In this document: one piece after another, positions 13,328-24,523 of the stretch | Layout of the letters: every line of letters begins with the position of its first letter | Numbering within the stretch: position 1 is the first letter of the stretch | NCBI RefSeq assembly: GCF_964213995.1 | Contig: NC_135809.1 | Span: 29,884,001-29,948,000 of the forward strand | DNA length: 64,000 nt | Direction: 5' to 3' | From: Mustelus asterias | Lineage: Eukaryota | Notes under the pieces: generated by a model | What the model saw: only the letters and a program-made list of their open reading frames with translations | The model's database searches: none | What the model was told of the DNA's origin: nothing | Program-made: the position numbers and the translations under genes

Positions 13328-14785
13328 TTTATCTTTTGATGGCAAATGACAACCCAGGGCAGAAAATTGGAATTTCAGAAAGAGAAAACAAGGAAACCAC
13401 AGGTTAGTGGTGTAATGTTATATTAACCAGGGCACGAGGCAAATCATTTCATAGCAATCAGTTCAATCGTCCAAGAGTCATAAAATACCCCAAGTCAAAC
13501 AAAGCAAGAATTAAACAATTTAATCTTGTTTTTAAAATGGCATAAAAAAGATACACTCAAGTAGGACCTTTGACAAGATTAAGGAACATGTACAGCCTGG
13601 AAAGGCATCAATCATGGTTCATCTTCTTTACACATATGTTTGTAGATGTAGGGATGCATATAGTTTTAAGATGACTATTTTGAAACAACAAATGTACTTC
13701 CTCAGAACCCCTCTTTAACTTGTCAAACACAACTTATATTTAACATATCCTTGCATCTTTCCTTTCATCTCCAGATGTTTACTAATTTGATCTTGAATTA
13801 TTATTGGTATTTTTGGTTCCTTTACTGACCATTAGAGGTACGTGCAATGGAGAGGGATTTGACATGCCGTCTGGTGCTGGTTTCCAACACCACCTATTTG
13901 GTAGAGTGTGAGTATTTTAAAAGAAAAGAGTTATTTTCCAAAGCAAGCAGGACTGTCATTAATCGAGATAAAAGGGAGCATGGATGGATGCTACATCACT
14001 ATCCCGCCACCTTACCATGAAGCATGCCTATAGGAGTTTGGGAGGAAAATGGTTTCCAATGGACCTGTAGAGAGGGGAGCCTTTAAACGTTCCATAGATT
14101 TTATGATTGCATATTCCAGGTCTTTGAAAGGCCCCTTGTATATTTATTTTCTTTTTTACTTGTACTTATTGCTGACATTTAGATTTTCAAGGGTCAGTTG
14201 TTGTAACAGCGCCCTCTTGTGGGCATTTGTGTATATATGTATATGAATGAAACCGGGTTAAACTAGTTTTGACTCAGGTACTGACTGCATGTTGCATACT
14301 GTTTTTGTCCTACAAAGATATCACACTCTGGCAACTGAAGTTAGGATTGTGTACTCTCTCCTACATGAAAAATTTGGGTTGGGAAAGCTTCCATCCAGCA
14401 AACCAGCAACTTGCAAGTTTTTTTTCAGTGAAAAATAGGCTTAAAATCCAATCTTAGAGAAACGGCCGTTTGTGCATGTGGGTGGATTGCCTCCAAAGGT
14501 AGCTGCATCAACAGGTATTTTTGGGCAGCTGGGATAGACTATAGTAGTGACTGAGAACATTTTGGTGTGTAAGTGAAGCAGTTAGGGATGTGTTTCAATG
14601 CTAATAATATCCTCAATGATCCTCATAATCCAGATGTTGTGGGAAAGGGAAAGGCAATACATTTTAACTGAAGTGGGCCCGGGAGTGCATGAAACAGTCA
14701 ATAATTTGTTGACCCCTGTGATTAGTGATTAAGCTTACACATTTTGTGCAAGCTTAAGCAGTATTACAAGCTGTTAGACATTTAA

Positions 14786-15165
14786 GGGGAGATAGTGGCA
14801 TAGTGGTAATGTCACTAGATTGGTAATCTAGAAATCCAATCTTATAGTCTGGAGACATGGGTTTAAATTCGACAACGGCAGCTGGTGGAATTTAAATTCA
14901 AATAACTCTAGAATTATAAAACTAGTCTCAGTAACAGTGGATGTGCCAACTATCATCGACTGTAAAAACCCATCGGGTTCACTAATGACCTTTAGGGAAG
15001 GAAATCTGCAGTTATCACCTGGTCATGTAACTCCAGACCCGCAACAATGTGGTCGACTGCCACTGCCCTCCGAAATTGCCTAGCAAGCCACTCATGGGCA
15101 ATTAGGGATGGGCAACGAGTGCTGTCTTCGCCAGCAAAGCCCACACTCACCCGAACAAATAAAAC
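14786..15165 (+). mobile_element. Deu-domain tRNA SINE (SacSINE1-like)
   Basis: gtggcatagtggtaatgtcactag head; ctccagacccgcaacaatgtggtcgact; tail gggcaattagggatgggcaa shared with LINE family 2 3' ends. Confidence 0.75.
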
Positions 15166-15259
15166 ACAATTGTGGAAAGCTATCGGTTTGAAACCAGGGA
15201 TCAGGTGCTCAGTGAGGACATTGGAGAGTTCTATGTGGCCATGAAAAAGCTGTTCATTC

Positions 15260-15472
15260 GTTGTAATTTTGGAGACCTTGCGGGACAGATCTGTGTACTG
15301 TTTGAAAAGTGAATGCATTCGCTTTTTTCATTGGCAAAGTTAACTTTTGACAGAGGTTGTCAGGTTGTAATTTTGGAGACCTTGCGGGACAGATCTGTGT
15401 ACTGTTTGAAAAGTGAATGCATTCGCTTTTGTCATTGACAAAGTTAACTTTTGACAGAGTTTGTCAGGTTGC
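15260..15472 (+). repeat. Tandem duplication, 2 units of about 104 bp, inside gag relic
   Basis: gttgtaattttggagaccttgcgggacagatc...ttgtcag at 15260 and 15364 with few mismatches. Confidence 0.95.
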
Positions 15473-16320
15473 ATTGATGGTGGACGTGACAGAATGTGAC
15501 TCAAGAGAAATTAGAATTAACAACCACCAATTATCTGCTTAAGTAAATAAGTTGTAGTTGAGTAAGACGGGTCAAGGTCCTTCCCCAAGTTCTGAAAGTC
15601 AGAATCAAGAAAGGGGGTATCCTCTTCAGAATAGGAAGCCAGTAATTAAGTTTGATTTGTAAATAAATTAAAATCTAAAAGTGTATGTAGTTGTATGGCA
15701 CTCGAACATTGTGTAATTTTAGGATGCAGGACTATAATAATTCCCTCTTGTGGCTATTTGTGTTATGTATGTGTATAAAACAAACCAGAGTGAACCAGAT
15801 TTCACTCGAGTACTGGGCTCCACGATGCACATTGTGATTTTGTCTTGCAAAGATACCACAGTAGTGATTATTTATTTATTGTTTAGGCCCCCTGACCTTC
15901 CTTTACTGATCCTCTGAACTGATGCGTTTGGAGGTGTGGAGGAATTCCAAGAGATGTTCCATTCATCCTGCTGACACTTGTAGTCAGGCTAACTAGATCA
16001 ACTAGTATGACAAATTTTATTACTTGCAGTATGACATGTATAACCAAGATTAGCTACATATGCCACAAATGTACTCTCTCTTTATCAATACCTCTGCACA
16101 AAATTACGAATGGTTCTTAAATAGAAACAAACTAAGTGAAATACTCAGCAGATCCAGTAGCACCTGTGGAGAAAGAGTTAACATTATGAATAAAATATGA
16201 CTCTTCGGATTTTTTTGTTTGCTTTTGTCATGAGTGATTCTTATTTGTTATAAATCAAATAGCATTAAATATTTGGCATTTAATTTCTCACAATATATAC
16301 TTTTGTTAATGTTATACAGC

Positions 16321-16861
16321 TGTTATGAAGGCTATGCTTACTTGTTGAGAGCATAGCTGGAGAACTAAAGTTGTGCTTTTGAGTCAGTGCTAGAGTGCAT
16401 ACTCAGATATCCAGGGGAGCAAAATCTCAGGAGATGAAATAGAAACCCTGGGCCATCATTGACGCCATCCAAGTTGGAGGAATTTGAGAGAAAATTCTGA
16501 GGTTAGATCTTCAAAGATAACGACTAGAATCTCTTGTGAGAATGACAGTTTCAGTGAGATTGGTTGACTCTGTCTTTACTGACACATGGGTGGGTTGTTG
16601 CAAAATCCATGGACTCTTTCTTGATTGCATCTATCATTTATTGTGCAGTGTGGTGTCTTCAACCACGGTTTGCCTGTTATTTCATATGTACCTCATATTA
16701 CCCCTGAAATTTGGAGTAAAAGGTGGATATTGTAATTTGTTTTATTTTTGTGGTCTGGTAACATTTATTTTTGTTTGTTTAAAACCTGTAGAGCAGTGAC
16801 GTGCAACCTAAGCTGGAGAGTGGAACACATGAGTGGCCCTCCTTCACCTCTGTGGACCACA
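16321..16861 (+). mobile_element. Probable decayed solo LTR
   Basis: Starts tgttatg, ends ctgtggaccaca; composition and end resemble LTR at 27309-28178. Confidence 0.35.
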
Positions 16862-19219
16862 AGATTGAAATCAGACTTGTTCACTAACCATCACTCCATG
16901 AATAAGATAAAATACATTTAATACACACCAATCATTTCATAATGAGTAATGGAAAATTCTTAATCATTTATATATTGATATATATTACATAGTTCTCAAA
17001 GTCAATGTTGTGTGCAATCAGTATGCACCTCACTTCACTTGCTTTACATGCGTATCACTTCCGTCACACTGGTGGGAAAGAAATACGCAGACAGAAATCT
17101 GCAGAATGTGGCAACGTTGAGCATGGGCAACAGTCAACAAAATGTCTCATGGTTCAGACTCAGAACCCAGGTGGGTTACATTCACTTAGTAATTATCTTA
17201 AATTGCAAACTTTGGCAAATCTTAACAAAATGCTATTGAAGTCTCACAGGATCCTACCAAAAACTTGGGGGTTTGGCCTAGGGTCATAAAGTAAATTGGG
17301 GACACTTGCAGGATTTCGGATCCACAGAAAAATAGCAGTGCTGGTATTGACTGAGGTCAAGTTCGATAAGGTTTACACTGTGAATTTTACTATGCTAATT
17401 GAAAAGCAGAATGGCTTTGTCAATCACTATGATTTTTCTGGAGAGAGAAGATTTATCCTTGATGATCTGGAACAATTAACCAAGGCTAGGTTAATCGCAT
17501 TAGCAAAAGAGTTAAAAGCAGGAATAAAAAGGTAAAAATAATTGAGGAAACAGCATAGCATCTGGGATTGGAAGAAGAAAAATTAATCCAGATAGCAATT
17601 CAGTCGAGTTAGCTTGAGTTCATTTGCAAATTATGCAGCTTGAAATAGGAAAAGAGAGGGAAAAAACTTGAATTAGGGAAAAAAGGAAAAGGAAAGAGCA
17701 AAAGAGAAAGAAATGAAAAGGTTTGAACTGGACAAGTATGTAGAAATATGAAAGCTTGAGTTTCAAAGAGAGAGAAATCATATGAATTGGTTAGAGAAAA
17801 GCTTGGGTTTCAGGGTGAGAGAGAGTATAATAGTTTGGATGAGGAATCAAGTCTCATTCTGAGCTTCGATGTAACAAGGAATCTTTATCTATTTCCTAAA
17901 TTTGCTGAAGACGGAGTTGAGAAATATTTCATCTCATTTGAAAATCTGGCTACAAAGCTGAAGTGGTCAAAGAATACATAATATCTCCTTTTGCAAAGCA
18001 TTTTGGTCAGGAAAGGTATGAATGTGTATTCCAATCTTTCAGAAGGACAGAACAATCTTCAGATTATAAGGAAGTTAAAACTGCAACACTTAATGCTTAC
18101 AAGCTTGTCCCCAAAGCAGATCAGTTGAAATTTCAGACTTGAAAGCAAAAACTGAATGAAACATTTGTGGAATTTGTTTGGGAGAAATTAATTCTGTAGG
18201 GCCGGTGGTTTCAATCATCGAAGTTAAAACAAGATTTTGAGAAAGTGGGGGGATTAATGATATTGGAGGAATTTCAAAAGAGCATCTCAATAGTGATTAA
18301 ATTATACCTGGAAGATCATAAGGTTTCTAAGGTACAGGAAGCAGCAGTTCTGGCAGATGGGTATGATATATAATATAGGCAGTTCAGGGACAGCACATCC
18401 CCATTTGTAAACTCACAGGAAAGTTGCAGGAACAGAAAATAATCTAGCTTCATGGAAAAAACAGAGGCTGTTCCAAGTCAAGAAAAATCAAAGTGTGGAG
18501 GATAAAAGTGATGTGACAAAGCCATAAAACAGGGCATCTCAAAACCCATTGTTGGAAGTTGCACAGTAAGCTGATGGCAGTAGTAGGAACACTCATGGAG
18601 TCTTTAGAAAAGACTATAACATAAATGGAAATGGATGTTAAAATCATAGCAATAGTACAAGTGAAACACGTTCTCTCAGAACCTACTAGAAGGGAATTCT
18701 TCCTTGACTACTGTTAAAGTGAGTCAAGTTACTGGAGGTTTTTGAGGTTGTATTGAAGGGGAAAGTGTTCCCTTACTCCTCCAACAAAACATGTAAAGAC
18801 ATTAATATTTTTAGAGACAATGCGGCAAATCAGTCATTGATAGCTGTTGATACAATTTATGTTCCAGATTATTTGACAGAGAAAGTATTAATAGGAATTA
18901 TTAATGGGATTTATGGGCCTGTTTCCTTATGTAAAGTCTATTTATGAAGTAAATGAGCAAATTCATTTGTCATTGTGGCAATTGTTCCTAGTTTACCTAT
19001 TGATGGGACAGATTTAATCTTGGATAATGATTTGGTGATGACGACTACGTTGCAGCAGGTGATTGAAAATGCTGATCTTACCAAACTTCAAAAAATTATT
19101 GTGGCCAAACATGAGATACTTATTTCTGACAAGGAGCAAATTGAAGGAAGCTCTGATTAGGAGTAGAGAAACAACTTTCGTGCATGAAAGATGGTTTTGC
19201 TAATGAAAAGCAAGAACAG

Positions 19220-19912
19220 ATGAAAAAACTCGAGTATTTAGCACAGGATAAAGAATTGCTGATGAATCGGAATATTTGGTTGAATGCAGGATTTAAAACC
19301 AAGACTGATGAATGGCTGGAACTTCATCATAAAAAGGGCGATGAGATTTCTGAACTTCAATGCAATTTGGAGAACATGAGAGATTAAGGACGGGATTTTC
19401 CAGTTGCACTCGCTCCAAGGCCGGAAATTCCTGCCCGAGGTCAACTGACCTTTGCACGGTCTGCTGAATTTTCTGTCCCGCCCACTACGATTCCCATGGT
19501 GGGTGGGACGGGGAAATTCTGCCCGAAATGTCAGACATGGAAGGGCAAATCCAGACTTTCAAACTCAATAAGGAAGATTTGAAGAAACAGACTGAAGATC
19601 TAGCAATCAAATTGAACAAGTCTGAGCAGCAATCAGTAACCATGGAAGAAAGATTCCAAAAGGAACTGAATGCTGAGGTGAAGCTGTTCAGCTTGTATAA
19701 GGGCTCCATAGGTAACAGAATCAAAGACAACTGAATTCACCAGAGTAGTTGCTGAGCTGAATGAAAAGATTAATAAGCTCGGAAAATAATTGAAAAATAA
19801 CAGTGAACAAATATTTGGATGAAACTATAAAATGAAGGTTCCATTTTTCAAGCACCAGCAAGGAGGAAATAAGCGTGTGCAAAAGGCTGTAGCATATCTC
19901 TTGGATAAACTA
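19220..19912 (+). pseudogene. TPR: Processed fragment of nucleoprotein TPR N-terminal coiled coil inside Gypsy element
   Basis: [83 protein letters not shown] and KVPFFKHQQGGNKRVQKAVAYL align in order with recalled vertebrate TPR ([105 protein letters not shown]). Confidence 0.8.
19388..19524. mobile_element. 137-bp Harbinger-type MITE
   Basis: TIRs ggacgggattttcc / ggaaattctgccc; 3-bp flanks taa/gaa. Confidence 0.8.
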
Positions 19913-20569
19913 AAAAATTACTTGAGTAAATACTCCCTCAGTGCAAGTTTATTCATCCGATATTGAAAACAATGAAGAGAGAAAATCCGTTATGGAGGAA
20001 GTAATCAAGGAAGATAATTGTGAAGCTGGTTGCCAATCAGACATACACTATTTCTGTAGCAAACTTAAAGGAATATTTCCATTAACAGTGAAGAAGCGCA
20101 AACTAAACCCCATGTTCTTCTCTATCAAGTTGATAAACCTATGCAATGGTCGTTTGTATCACGTAATATGCATCCATATTTAAAGAGCGGAAGATAGCCA
20201 GAGTATTTGTTTGTAGTTACATCAGTTAGTTTGAAAACACTGGTACAAAGTAGAGATACAAGCTGGTCAAGATATTTCTAAAGAAAACTTTAATGGAGCT
20301 TCACTATCTTTGGCTGACCATGAAAAGATTATTGGCAAACACCATGTAATTGTTGGGATTCTATTTAGTCTTTAAAGAAATGGTATCAGATCCTGAGTTA
20401 TTATAGTTCTACGATGTATGAATCCTGCTAATTCTACTTGTTACATGTACTGGTATTTGTTTAGGTTAAACCGTAGTAACTAAATAATGCAGTTGGTGTA
20501 ATTGTGGAACAAAATACAGTTTGTCTGTAGGGAATGTAACAAACTATTCATTAAAGGTTTATGATGTTC

Positions 20570-22900
20570 GGCACCTCACTGTAGTACAGCCTTCTATCTT
20601 CCATTACTGACCAAGCTTGCTGATTCCCAAAGATCACAGCTGTATAGAGCAGCTGGTGAGGGCCCTCACCATTCTACCTGTCACAAATGCATCTGTCCAT
20701 GACAGTATTGGTAGGTGTAACCACCACACAGTCCTTTTGGAAACAAAGTCCCAGCTCCATATTGAGGATACCCTCCATCTTATTATGTAGCACAATGACC
20801 CCTTGTAAATGGGGTAAATTTTAAACTGATCTAGCAACCCAACCCAGCACCCATGAGGCACTGTGCGCCACCACCAGCAGCAGAATTATACTCAATATGT
20901 AACCTCATGGTTGGGCTTATCCCCCACTCCACAATGACCATAAAAGCCAGGGAACCAACCTTGGTTCAATGAAGAATGCAGGAGGGCATTCCAGGAGCAG
21001 CATCATGCATACCTAAAAATGAGGTGTTAACTTGGTGAAGCTACAACACAGGATTACTCACATGCCAAATAGTGAAGCGGCATGTGTTAGACAAAGGTAA
21101 CCTGACAACAAACTGATTGGCTCAAAACTTTGCAGCATTGCCACACCCAGTTTTGGACAATTAAGCACCATTAACTATAGGTGGAGGCTCGACAAATAAC
21201 CCCATCCTCAGTGGAGAGGGAGTACAGAACGTCAGTACAAAAAACAAAGCTGAGGCATTTATAACCACCTTCAGCCTCAAGTGCCAAATCGATGATCCAT
21301 CTCAGCTTCCTCCTGGGATCCCCAGCATCACAGATGCCAATCTTCAGCCAATTCAATTCACTCCACAAGGTATTAAGAGACGGCTGAAGGCATTAGTTAT
21401 TGTAAAGGCTATGGGTCCTGACAACAATAAGAGTTTTAACAACACCAGGTTAAAGCTCTTACTGTGTTCACCCCAGTCCAACGCCAGCATCTCCACATCC
21501 TGACAACAAACCAGCAACAGTGCTGAAGTCTTGTGTTCCAGAACTTGCTGCTTCCCTACCAAGCTGTTACTGTACAGCTACAAAACTGGCATCTAACCCA
21601 CTGTGAAAAATTGCCCAGGTATGCCCTGTCCATAAAAATGAGGACAAATCCAACCCAGTCAGTCTATTCTCAATCATCAGCCATAGAACAGTGATCGAAG
21701 ATATCATCAATAGTCCTATCCATTGGCACTTACTCAGCAATAACCTACTCACAGGTGCTCAGTTTGGGTTTTGTCAGGAGCACTCAGCCTCTGACCTCAT
21801 TACAGCCTTGATTCAAACATGGACAAAAGAGCTGAACTCCAGAAGTGAGGTGAGAGTGACTGCCCTTGACATTGAGGCAGCATTTGACTGATGTGTGGCA
21901 TCAGCGGGCATCAGCAAAATTGAAGTCAATGGAAGAGCTCTCGACTTTTGAAGCTAGCACAAGAAAAATGGTCGTGGTTGTTGAAGGAAATCAATCATCT
22001 AAGTCTCAGGACATCACATGCAAGGGGACCTGTGTTCTAGGACCAACCATCTTCAGTTACTTTATCAATGAACATCTCTCCATCGCCACATCAGAAGTGG
22101 AGATGTTCACTGATGATTTGACAATGTTCAGCACCAGAGTAAAGCAGTGCATATCCACCTGGACAATATTCAAGCTTGCGCAAGTAACATGCATGCCACA
22201 CAAATGTCAGTCAATGGCCATTTCCAACAAGAGAGAATCTAGCCATCTCTTCTTGATATTCAGTGGCATTATCACTGAATTCTGCACTAACAACATCCTG
22301 GGAGTTACCATTGACCAGAAACTGAACTGGACTAGCCACATTAATACAATGGCTGCAAAAAAAAGTCAGAGACTGGGAAGTCTGCAATGAGTAACTCACC
22401 CCCTGATTTCTAAAAACCTGACAATCATGTACAATCAGTGTGCTTGAATCCTCTCCACTTGCCTGGATGAGTGCAGCTCCAATAACACTCAAGAGGCTCA
22501 ACACCATCCAGGACAAAGCAGTCTGCTTGAGTGGCATCCTGTACGCCACATTAAACATTCATTCCCTCCACCACCGGTGCACAACACATACCATATACAA
22601 AATGTACTGCAACAACTTACCTTGGCTCCTTCAAAAGCACATTCTGAACCTGCGACCTCTACCACCTCAAAGGACAAAGGCAGTAGATACATGGAAATAC
22701 CACCACTTGAATGTTTCCCTCTACGTTACACACCATCCTGACTTGGAAATATCAATACTCAAAATCCTAGAGCTACCTTCTTAACAGCACCATGGACTGC
22801 AGCAGTTAAAGGTGGTGGCTCATCTCCTGAAGGACAGTTAGGGTTGGGCAATAAATGCTGGCCTAGCCAGTGATTCCCGCATCCCATGAAAGCAATTTTT
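20570..22900 (+). mobile_element. Decayed CR1/L2-group LINE (family 2), ORF2 and 3' end
   Basis: QFGFCQEHSASDLI, ALDIEAAFD-VWHQ, VLGPTIFSYFIN, MFTDD, LGVTIDQKLNWTSHI; 3' end ttagggttgggcaataaatgctggcctagccag. Confidence 0.88.
21428..21497. mobile_element. 70-bp Penelope-like inverted end fragment
   Basis: Both halves match the 2722 element in opposite orientations; 12-bp direct repeat tcctgacaacaa at 21416-21427 and 21498-21509. Confidence 0.8.
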
Positions 22901-23039
22901 TTTTAAAGGAGAACAAGCAACAGTAAAACACAAATGAACAAGCTCCGCCAATTGGACACTGGCATCCATTAGCATAGTTATTAGCACTGCATGAGGTTTG
23001 AAGGCTCGTAGAAATTTTGGACCAATGTGTGATGAAACA

Positions 23040-23212
23040 CATGATGTGGAGATGCCGGCATTGGACTGGGGTAAACACAGGAAGAAGTCTAACAACAAAC
23101 CTGTTAAAGTCCAACAGGTTTATTTGGTAGCAAATGCCACTAGCTTTCAGAGCATGCTGCTCCTTCGTCAGGTGGAGTGGGAGATGTGCTCACAAACAGG
23201 GCATACAGAGAA
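23040..23212 (-). mobile_element. Penelope-like terminal repeat fragment
   Basis: gatgtggagatgccggc.ttggactggggtaaacacag...gttaaagtccaacaggtttatttggtagcaaat, homologous to 2722-2858. Confidence 0.8.
23137..23175 (-). ncRNA. Minimal type I hammerhead ribozyme
   Basis: Reverse complement ccac-ctgacga-aggagcagcatgctct-gaaa-gc-ta-gtgg. Confidence 0.6.
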
Positions 23213-23664
23213 ACTGATGAAACACAGGCAGAAGTGGGCTGCAGCCAGACCAGAGTTAATGGGTTATTTGTGTGCCTGTTCACTGGAGGGTTAGATTGCA
23301 GATGAGTTCTGCTGTGGAGGTCTCAGGTATGGATCTTAATCGGCTGGTGTACAGGGGAATACTGATGGGGGTTGCATACAGAGATGCTGCTTACATTGGC
23401 TGGCCTATGGGACAGCCTCCTTTCAGTGTCAAGGAATATTCTTTCTGGCTCCAACTTGGCAGAGGGCATGACACAGCACTCTCCCACTCTAGAGCCTCTA
23501 CCTCACCTCCTCATTGTGAAGAACAAGAGGCACAGCAACTGCAGTCCACATGCTCATCGTCATCTGTCATTTACTCATCTATAAATTAGAAGTAAAATAC
23601 TGCAGATGCTGGAAATCTGAAATAAAAACAGAAAATGCTGGAGAAACTCAGCAGCTGGCAGCAC

Positions 23665-23792
23665 CACTACATTCTGCACACTCTCGTTACTTCTCTATGA
23701 ACGGCATGCTTTGTCTGTATAGCGCGCAAGAAACAATACTTTTCACTGTACACTAATACATGTGACAATAATAAATCAAATCAAATCAAATC
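23665..23792 (+). mobile_element. Rex1/Babar LINE 3' end
   Basis: atgctttgtctgtatagcgcgcaagaaacaatact...catgtgacaataataaatcaaatcaaatc; matches 39374-39500 in reverse. Confidence 0.75.
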
Positions 23793-23818
23793 ACTTGTGG
23801 CGAGAGAAAGTGTGTTTT

Positions 23819-24523
23819 GGACAGAATTCTCCCAAAAACGTTTAAGTGCCATAAAGGTGAGAATTAATGAAGTGACTTGTGCCGGCGTGTCTGGTGTGAG
23901 TCAGATTGCAATTTTCCCACTCTTAGTCATTTTTTTGGGAGAGTGGCGGTTTTGTATATTCTGAGAGGGACAGAGCCTAAATACACCAGTAAATCGAGCT
24001 TCAAAGAGATTGGGTGCCATTTATAAAGGACACCCCAATCTCACAATGAGATGGAAGAGCCCCTCCCTCCCTCCCTCCCCCAGGAAATCGGGACCCCCTC
24101 TCAAAGTTAACACGTTTCTCACCCCCTCCCCAGCAAAGATTGCTGGCATCAGGGCCCTCCCAATGTCCCTCCATCGAGCCCCACCCCTTCATGACTCCCC
24201 CTTCATAGCCCCCTCTTCATGCCCCACCCTTTCATGCCCCCCTCCCTTCGTGATTTCCACTCAGGCCCCACCACCACTCAGGCCCCACCTCCTCAGCACT
24301 AGCAAACTGGCACATTTGGCAGGGGGAGGGAGGGTTGCATGCTGAACTCGCTAATGAGATTGAAATGCAGCCAATCGCATGCAAATCAGCCTCGCAACTT
24401 TTCGATCGAGTTTCTAATTTGCGCTATTTGAAAAGGGCCAGGAAAATTGCAAACTGTTTCGCACGCTATTGCCCGGATGGGCGTGATCTACAAATGGAGC
24501 ATCGAGGGCGGAGAATCACCCCC
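23819..24523. mobile_element. Harbinger-type MITE
   Basis: TIR-like ends ggacagaattctccc and gggcggagaatcacccc; C-rich core. Confidence 0.65.

Larger units (their letters stand above)
14202..15860 (+). mobile_element. Internally deleted Ty3/Gypsy element with both short LTRs
   Basis: 5' LTR 14202-14325 and 3' LTR about 15733-15860 share ccctcttgtgg...caaagata.caca; tggcaac PBS-like site after 5' LTR; flanks gttgt/gtagt; decayed gag (KKLFIRCNFGD-LRDR). Confidence 0.7.
17245..20000 (+). mobile_element. Decayed Ty3/Gypsy (Gmr1-like gag) LTR retrotransposon with captured cellular sequence
   Basis: LTR end plus degenerate tRNA-Pro-like PBS (ttggggacacttgcaggat, 17296-17314); gag LFPKFAEDGVEKYFISFENLA..LKW; knuckle remnant HKTGHLKTHCWKL at about 18520-18560; protease IFRDNAA...LPIDGTDLILDNDL; many stops. 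Confidence 0.8.

Noticed and set aside
17105-17179. GNVEHGQQ..LM resembles BBS9 GNVEHGNQ...LM and is followed by a GT donor
   Set aside because: Similarity stops after about 8 residues, the acceptor is poor and no other BBS9 exons were seen; likely coincidence.
19220-19912. Functional TPR gene locus
   Set aside because: No introns, internal deletions, frameshifts, stops and a MITE insertion; embedded in a retroelement.
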